Shown here: positions 57,091-64,000 of the stretch, one piece after another | Numbering within the stretch: the first letter of the stretch is position 1 | How the letters are laid out: every line of letters starts with the position of its first letter | Assembly (NCBI GenBank): GCA_963675755.2 | Contig: CAXXMD010000002.1 | Coordinates: 32,001 to 96,000, forward strand | Origin: a bacterium | GTDB lineage: Bacteria; Zhuqueibacterota; Zhuqueibacteria; Residuimicrobiales; Krinioviventaceae | Direction: 5' to 3' | DNA: 64,000 bases | The notes under the pieces: model-generated | What the model was told of the DNA's origin: nothing | What the model saw: only the letters and a program-made list of their open reading frames with translations | Databases searched by the model: none | Translations under genes and position numbers: made by a program

Positions 57091-58344
57091 TCACTCCAAT
57101 CCAGGTACCTTCCAGCTCAAATTGCGGTCAAAAATTATGTTACCCTTTTTAATGACTTTTTCTATCTGAGGTTCTCCATAAAAATAGATCAGATTCTGAT
57201 AATTATCCGAGTCGAGTATCATCAAATCTGCCTGCCATCCCGGGGCAATGCACCCAACATTTTCTTTGCCCAATGCATAAGCTCCATTTTGGGTAGCGGC
57301 GGATACAGCTTCGGGCATGGAAAAGCCCATTTGGGTGCAGGCAAGATTCAGTATCAATGGCATATTGAGAGTCATGCAACTACCGGTATTAAAATCTGTT
57401 GCCAGAACCGGAATGCACCCGGCATCCAGAATTTTTCGTCCCGGTGCATAAGGAATTTTCAAAAACAATGATACGCCGGGAAGCATTGTTGTACAGATAT
57501 CTGTGCCTGCCAGCATGGCAATGTCTGTATCATCCAACGTTTCCAAATGTTCAACTGCTACTGCACCTATTTCAATCGCTCCCTGAATGCCGCCAATATT
57601 GTTAAACTGGTTCGTATGCATTCGGGGGATCAATCCGAATTTCTTTGCTTCGCAAAGAATATCCAGAGATTCCTGAACGGAGAAATATCCCAGTTCACAA
57701 AAGACATCACAGAAATCTGCCAACACTGTGGCTTCAGGCAGCATATCTTTGATTTCTTGAATATAATCAGATTTTGATTTGTTTGGGGGAATTGCATGAG
57801 CGCCTAAAAAAGTCGAGGTGATTTCGACTGGCTGGATCTCTTTGAGCTTGTCTATCACTCGAAGGATTTTTAACTCTGTATCTCTGTCCAGCCCATAACC
57901 ACTTTTGATCTCTATACTGGTGGTTCCATGCCTGACTGCTTTTTGTAGATACAATAATCCTCGTTCTATCAGTTCTTCTTGTGACATACTACGGGTTGCA
58001 TTAACCGTGCTTAAAATACCGCCACCTTGTTTGGCAATTTCTTCATAAGTAATACCGGCACAGCGTTGTGCAAATTCATTTTCTCGGTGTCCGCCAAAAA
58101 CCAGATGGGTGTGGGAATCTACAAAACCCGGTAAAACAGCTTTTCCGGATGCATCAATGATTTGACAATCACCTGGTATCCGTGATAATAGTTCATCGAC
58201 AGGGGCAATTGCCTGTATAATATCATCCTGAATGAAAATAGAAGTATAAGTGTGTTCGGTCAGTTGTTTGATGGCCTGACCACGTAACTCACCCGGTTTG
58301 GGAGTAATAATTTGTGATGCGCTTTTTATCAGCAGAGATGACAT
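57091..58344 (-). CDS. hutI: Imidazolonepropionase
   Basis: PGFVDSHTHLVFGG.R.NEF, EIKSGYGL, FLGAHA, DVFCE, EHLE, ATDFN. Confidence 0.95.
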   Translation of the reverse strand: MSSLLIKSASQIITPKPGELRGQAIKQLTEHTYTSIFIQDDIIQAIAPVDELLSRIPGDCQIIDASGKAVLPGFVDSHTHLVFGGHRENEFAQRCAGITYEEIAKQGGGILSTVNATRSMSQEELIERGLLYLQKAVRHGTTSIEIKSGYGLDRDTELKILRVIDKLKEIQPVEITSTFLGAHAIPPNKSKSDYIQEIKDMLPEATVLADFCDVFCELGYFSVQESLDILCEAKKFGLIPRMHTNQFNNIGGIQGAIEIGAVAVEHLETLDDTDIAMLAGTDICTTMLPGVSLFLKIPYAPGRKILDAGCIPVLATDFNTGSCMTLNMPLILNLACTQMGFSMPEAVSAATQNGAYALGKENVGCIAPGWQADLMILDSDNYQNLIYFYGEPQIEKVIKKGNIIFDRNLSWKVPGLE

Positions 58345-58356
58345 TGTATTTCCATT

Positions 58357-60041
58357 TTATTGGATTTTTGAATTTACAATACTCAGAATTTCCCGTTCCA
58401 TTACATTGGTTTGGGTTTCCAGTTCATCGCAGTTTTGTAATAAATCGTCTACAAATGCTTTGTCTTTGCACCCGGCTGCATTGATTTTTACATTAAGGTG
58501 TGCTCCCATGACCGCTGAACGGGCGGCAAGTGCAGCAACACCGGCATCAGAAACTGAATTGGGATTCCCTATCTCTGCCATGGCTTTTATACTCGTCATG
58601 GATTCGAATGCTTTTCTCATTACCCGATAAGGGATCTCTATTGCAAATTTTGTTGCATCCTGAATAGCCTGACTTCGATCTTTTTTTTCTTCATCCGTTT
58701 TCTTTGGCATAGCAAAAGCTTTCATCATGTCATTAAACGCTCTTGTATCTTCATCTACAAGAAATAACAACTCAGCATAGCAGGCTTTGGCTTTTTCAGC
58801 CCAGTCTGAGAATTCCTGCCAACGATCGTCCCAGCCGCGTTTATGGGATGACAGGTTGGCAACCATTGCAGCAAGTGCGGCTCCAAAAGCACCCATTGCT
58901 GCTGAAATAGATCCACCGCCTGGTGCAGGCGCTTCCGAAGCTGTTAAATCTGTAAAATCCTCAAGAGTAAGATCTTTCAGGCCTTTATCTTTATCCTTGT
59001 CCATTGCATATTCAATAATCTTTTCTTCCGGAACAAAGGGACCCAACTCATCCAATCCCATAGATTTGATTGCAATCTTTATGAGCTCCTTGTCGGATAC
59101 ACCGGTTGAACGCTGCTGTTTTTGGAGGAAATATTTTCCGGCTTCCAGCATGGATTGCAAAGGGATGAGCCCTACCAGTTCTGAACCGGTCACCCGAATG
59201 CCTCGTGTATCTGCTTTTTTGCAGACCTCGTCAAAAGCCATATGAACAGGAGTAACTTTGAGATTGGTCAGGTTCATAGAAATTTGGGCGATACCATATT
59301 CCTCAATATACCAGCCGATGCCTTTAACGCATTTCAATGAACCTGGTATCATAACCGGGTTACCTTTTTCGTCTTTAATAACAGGACCGGTGAGTGGATT
59401 GCCTTCTCTTTTAATGCGGCCTTTTTCACGTACGTCAAATGCAATGGCATTTGCTCTGCGGGTAGAGGTTGTATTGAGATTGACATTATAAGCCACCAGA
59501 AAATCCCTTGCGCCAACAGCGGTTGCTCCAGACCTGGCATTAAATTCAGTTGGCCCGAAATCGGGTTTTCCTTCATGAGTTTTGATTTTATCTTTCAATC
59601 CTTCATACTCTCCTGATCGGCAATAGGCCAGGTTTCTACGCTTTTCATCGAGTGCGGCATATTCATAACAATATATGTGTATACCCAGTTCTTTACCCAG
59701 TCGCTCGGCAAGTTTATGTGCATATTCTACAGTTTCTTCCATGCTTATATTGGCAATGGGATGAGAGGACAAACATCCATTGCACCAAAGCGTGGATGTT
59801 CACCTTTATGCTTTGTCATATCAATCATTTCTGCAGCTTTTTTTGCCGCTCTGAATGCCGCTTCACATACCGCATCAGGGGACCCTACAAAGGTCACAAC
59901 AGTTCGATTGGTAGATGATCCGGGGTCTACATCTAGGAGTTTTACTCCATCAACGGATTCAACCTGGTCAGTGATCTGTTTCATAACCGCCATGTCGCGG
60001 CCTTCACTAAAATTTGGAACACATTCTATTAATTGTTGCAC
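58357..60041 (-). CDS. ftcd: Bifunctional glutamate formimidoyltransferase-cyclodeaminase, split by a 1-bp frameshift at ~59759
   Basis: GTG start 60041 with AGGAG RBS; ECVPNFSEGR...HPRFGAMDVCP in one frame, IANISMEE...GARDFLVAYN...APGGGS...DED..AF in the next. Confidence 0.88.
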
Positions 60042-60062
60042 AAGATCTCCTGTTTTTTTTGT

Positions 60063-60113
60063 GGACCATTCGATACACCCGACCGCTAACTGGCGGTCGG
60101 GCACTCGTGGTCC
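60063..60113 (-). other. GC-rich intercistronic RNA hairpin just 5' of the ftcd RBS
   Basis: GGACCA/TGGTCC outer stem and CCCGACCGC/GCGGTCGGG inner stem; no 3' U-tract on either strand. Confidence 0.65.
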
Positions 60114-60252
60114 GGAATCCTTAAATTCTACTTGTTCAATAAAATCAAGTTCATACAATTTTCTGACTTTTTCTCGTGCTCAAGCTCTGCCTTGGTGCGT
60201 TATATTGTTAAAGGGTTTTAAGACAGAGACTTTTAACCAGGAATATCACATA

Positions 60253-62284
60253 CTATGTATTTGCATTCTTGATTGCTTTGTTGATCAATGTATCGTCAGC
60301 AATATGGGGCAGGGTGATATGGTCCTGTCCCTTTCTCAATTCGTTATATTGTTTTACGGTTTCTATTGAATTCGGATTTCTGGCCCAGGCACGTCTGGCT
60401 ACACCACCCATAACATCCCAGGGGATGGCCTGCCTGATGATTTCGTCGATACGTTCACTGCCATCCATTACCAGTCCGAATCCACCATTAATGGCTTTAC
60501 CTATGCCCACTCCACCGCCATTGTGCAGCGCAATGAGGCTCATGCCTCGCGCGGCATTACCTGCGAAACACTGAGTAGCCATATCTGCCATAATGTTACT
60601 GCCATCTTTGATGTTGGAGGTTTCACGATAGGGGGAATCTGTTCCACCTGTGTCGTGATGATCACGTCCAATCATTACCGGACCAATCTCATGGTTTCGT
60701 ACCATTTCATTGAATTTCAGAGCAATGTTCATGCGGCCCAGTGCATCCTGATAGAGAATACGGGCCTGGGTACCTACCACCAGTTTGTTTTTCATGGCAT
60801 CACGGATCCAGATATAGTTGTCCCTGTCCTGGAATCTGCGATTGGGGTCAATGCACTCCATAGCAGCATGATCGGTTTTTAAAAGATCGGATTCCTCACC
60901 GCTCAGGCATACCCAGCGAAAAGGGCCATATCCGTAATCGAACAACATGGGTCCCATAATGTCTTCAACATAAGAGGGAAAGATGAATCCATCCAGGGTG
61001 TCTCGACCGTTTTTGCAGACAGCCGTTGCCCCCGGTATCAAAAACGGCCTTTAAAAAGCTGTTGCCGTAGTCAAAGAAATAAGTGCCTTGTTCAGCCAGT
61101 TCTTGTACGAGTTGGAAATGAACTTGCAGACTTTTATCAACCAGCATATTGAAATGTTTACGGTCTGTCTTTAAAAGTTCAGTACGGTCCTGAAATGATA
61201 AACCTTGTGGACAATAACCGCCTTCATAAACAGCATGACAGGAGGTTTGGTCAGATAACAGGTCGATTGGTACTTTGTTATCCACTGCATATTTTAACAG
61301 ATCCACAACATTTCCATAAAAGGCAATGGCGTGTCCCTGTTTTTTAGATTTATATTCCTGGGCTAGTTCAAATGCTTTTGCGGGATCATCAATGACCTTG
61401 CTTACCCATCCTTGTTCATGACGGGTTTGAATGCGGGAGGGATCTACTTCGGCTATGATACAAACTCCATTGGCAATTTCAACCGCTTTGCCCTGGGCCC
61501 CGCTCATGCCACCAAGCCCGGACGAGACAAACAGCACACCGCTCAAATCAGCATCATTCGCTAATCCCAGTTTGAGACGTGCTGCATTTAGAACGGTATT
61601 GTATGTACCATGTACAATTCCCTGCGGGCCTATGTACATCCAGCCGCCTGCCGTCATTTGTCCGTAATTGGCAACACCAATAGCCGCAGCACGGTTCCAG
61701 TTTTCCTGATCGTCAAACATGCCTACCATCAAGGCATTAGTAATGATCACTCGTGGTGCATGCGGTGAGGATTTGAATAATCCCAACGGATGTCCGGACT
61801 CTACAACCAGTGTCTGTTCCGGTGTAAAAACTTGCAGGTATCTTTTAATAAGCTGATACTGCATCCAGTTCTGGCATACTTGTCCGGTTTCGCCATAGGT
61901 CACCAGTTCGTAGGGATAAAGCGCAACAGCAAAATCGAGATTATTATCCATCATAACCTGGAATGCTCTGCCTTCAATGCATTCACCAGTGTATTCAGTT
62001 ATAGGTTTACCATACAGATTTCCCACAGGACGGAAACGATAACCGTAAATACGACCAGTGTTCTGCAATTCGTTCATGAATTCCGGTGCCAGTTGTTCAT
62101 GCCATTTTTCAGGGATGTAACGTAATGCATTTCGCAGAGCCAGTTCTTTGTCCTGTTCGGAAAGATTGGCGAAACGTTTGGGCGCACGCCGAATACCGGG
62201 TTCAAACTCTGGTAGTGGTGGCAGATCGCTATAAATATTTTCAAGGGAAATAGAATTAGAAAAATTTGAATTGTTGGTCTTCAT
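60253..62284 (-). CDS. hutU: Urocanate hydratase (long type), split by a 1-bp frameshift at ~61031
   Basis: GRIYGYRFRP, NNLD..VA.YPYELVTYG, GQMTAGGWMYIGPQGIVHGT, GLGGMSGAQ, SDQTSCH; next frame FPSYVEDIMG, GRDHHD.GG.DSPYRET, HNGGGVG. Confidence 0.9.
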
Positions 62285-62547
62285 CGCTCTCCCCATAGCT
62301 TGATTAACAGGGAATATTGAAGGATTGGTGTTTTTAAAAATCCCGTGATTATCATGAAATATAACCGGTCCCGTATTTTTGACAGATCAAAACGATAATC
62401 AATTGACATTGAGAATATAACGGGTGCGGATGCAAAAGTCAATGATTTTTCGGTATAAATCACACGAGTCAAATGATAAAAAAATGGCAGATTTGACGAA
62501 TTTGTATTATATTGAGCATGATCAATTTAAAAAATTAAGAGCCTGAA

Positions 62548-63444
62548 ATGAAAAAAAATATTTTAATAGCATTCCTTTTTCTGTCTGTTTGTTTATCTCA
62601 ATTCCTCACTGGATGTAATAATATGCAAGCTGATGTGAATATGGATTTCTACTGGCAGGCACATCGTGGTGGAGGTCTCCATGATGCGCCGGATAACAGT
62701 ATAGCTGCGTTGTTATATACCTGGAAACTGGGAGGTATCCCGGAAGCAGATATTCGCACAACATCTGATAGTGTAATAATTTGTTTACATGATGGTACTT
62801 TGGCCCGGACTTCAAATGCCCCTGATGATATCAAAGATGTTCCTGTTTCAGAATTGTCATTTGATCAGGTACAAAAATATGATATAGGCGTGACGTTCAG
62901 TCAGGATTATAAAGGAGAATTTGTACCTTCTCTGGAACAGGTTTTCAAGCTAATGCAAAACCATTCTGACCGTCAATTGTATTTGGATATCAAAGATGTT
63001 GATTTACAACAATTGGGTGACATGATGAATCAGTACAAAGTCTGTTCGCAGATTCTGGTTTGCAGTCCCCGACAGGATGATTGTAAAACGCTCAAAGCTG
63101 TTGCTGACGGTGTTCGCTCCATGTTGTGGATGGGAGGGAGTGCAGAAGAGATTAAAAGTAAATTCTATGCTGTCCAAAAATCAGGATTTGAAGGACTGAA
63201 TCAGGTACAGCTCCATCTCAATGACATTGAAGAACCTGGAGCATGGCGCTATCAGTTGGATGCCGAATTTGTGAAAAAGGCACTGGAAATTACTCGTGCT
63301 GCAGAAATAGATCTGGAAGTATTTCCTTTTCATTTTGAGGAAAAGGATGTGTATACGTTATTTGATATAGGTATTCGTTGGTATGCTACTGATGAGCCCG
63401 GACGATTCAGCCAGGCTATTGAAAACTGGAAAAATTCGTTATGA
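62548..63444 (+). CDS. Glycerophosphodiester phosphodiesterase lipoprotein
   Basis: Lipobox LTGC; AHRGG...PDNS, EADIR.T.D....LHD, VPSLE, YLDIK, ATD.P. Confidence 0.9.
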   Translation: MKKNILIAFLFLSVCLSQFLTGCNNMQADVNMDFYWQAHRGGGLHDAPDNSIAALLYTWKLGGIPEADIRTTSDSVIICLHDGTLARTSNAPDDIKDVPVSELSFDQVQKYDIGVTFSQDYKGEFVPSLEQVFKLMQNHSDRQLYLDIKDVDLQQLGDMMNQYKVCSQILVCSPRQDDCKTLKAVADGVRSMLWMGGSAEEIKSKFYAVQKSGFEGLNQVQLHLNDIEEPGAWRYQLDAEFVKKALEITRAAEIDLEVFPFHFEEKDVYTLFDIGIRWYATDEPGRFSQAIENWKNSL

Positions 63445-63488
63445 TAAATGTTTAGAATTATTTATTTCAAATTAAATAAAGGTATACC

Positions 63489-64000
63489 ATGAAATGTGAA
63501 TTAAAATGTTTTAACAACCTGATTGCTATTGCTGCTACTCTGACAATGTTATCAATTGTACAGGTATTTGCTCAAACAAATTTTCCCACAAAATTCCCGG
63601 ACAGAATTGTTTTAAACTTGACAGAAAACCCATCTACTTCCATGGCTGTAACCTGGCGTACTGACACTACTATTGTAGCGGGTTATTGTGAATTGCAGCC
63701 AACGTCAGATACCCGGATCAACCCAAAAGAGAGTAAATCTTTTAAAGCACAAACAACCAGATTCGAATATTCACCAGAAAACGAATTACCTGTAAATGCA
63801 AACCAACATTCACAAATAATAACAGGACTGGAACCAGATTCCAAATATATATATCGTGTTGGTAATGGTCAGTTTTGGAGTGAATGGTTTCAATTTCAAA
63901 CTCCTTCAAGTACAGGAAACCCATTCTCATTTATTTATTTTGGTGATCCTCAAACAAGTTTAAGATCGGAATGTTCAAGAGTAATCCGTAAAGCATTCCA
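63489..64000 (+). CDS. Purple-acid-phosphatase-like metallophosphoesterase, 5' part (runs off the window end)
   Basis: My translation: signal peptide, PDRIVLN...SMAVTWRT, GLEPDSKYIYRVG...WSEWFQF, FSFIYFGDPQ. Confidence 0.85.
   Translation, partial: MKCELKCFNNLIAIAATLTMLSIVQVFAQTNFPTKFPDRIVLNLTENPSTSMAVTWRTDTTIVAGYCELQPTSDTRINPKESKSFKAQTTRFEYSPENELPVNANQHSQIITGLEPDSKYIYRVGNGQFWSEWFQFQTPSSTGNPFSFIYFGDPQTSLRSECSRVIRKAF

Noticed and set aside
60063-60120. Hairpin as SRP RNA, tRNA or terminator
   Set aside because: It lacks the SRP domain IV motif and a cloverleaf, and has no U-tract 3' of the stem on either strand.
60042-60158. N-terminal extension of ftcd given in the ORF track
   Set aside because: The RBS and family-typical start point to GTG at 60041; the extension overlaps the RNA hairpin.
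58787-60882. Long plus-strand ORFs (58787-59245, 59677-60369, 60523-60882)
   Set aside because: Antisense shadows of the well-supported hut genes, with no motifs.

Overview
AT-rich bacterial chromosomal window. Several secreted proteins end in an 'xPNPFNP...' FlgD-Ig/T9SS-type C-terminal sorting domain (CTD), and a Bacteroidota-like Hut pathway is present; together these suggest an FCB-group organism such as KSB1/Calditrichota (inference). I saw no rRNA, tRNA, CRISPR array or transposase. Main blocks: (1) mixed metabolic genes (IYD-like nitroreductase, PAS/GAF kinase, malic enzyme, Tat amidohydrolase, DUF1080, Gfo/Idh/MocA, PrsA); (2) an orphan ArsR with palindromic operator-like sites on both sides; (3) a cassette of membrane AraC, S74-chaperoned fibre, dockerin-like protein and CTD protein; (4) nth/ylxQ/ylxR with queT inserted antisense; (5) the most notable block, an ~18 kb sigma-54-controlled exopolysaccharide locus laid out like PEP-CTERM/exosortase (PrsK/PrsR-type) loci (two kinases, NtrC-type activator, Wza, split Wzc, ExeA-like ATPase, Wzy/ligase, Wzx, GTs), but headed by an FN3 protein and a T9SS-type CTD protein, with no exosortase in the window and a Walker-A-dead BY-kinase; (6) an FN3-CTD plus FGE/FISUMP surface protein pair; (7) a hutU-ftcd-hutI-hutH operon with two single-base homopolymer frameshifts. 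CTD-bearing 'anchor' genes sit next to CTD-less 'passenger' genes three times in the window.
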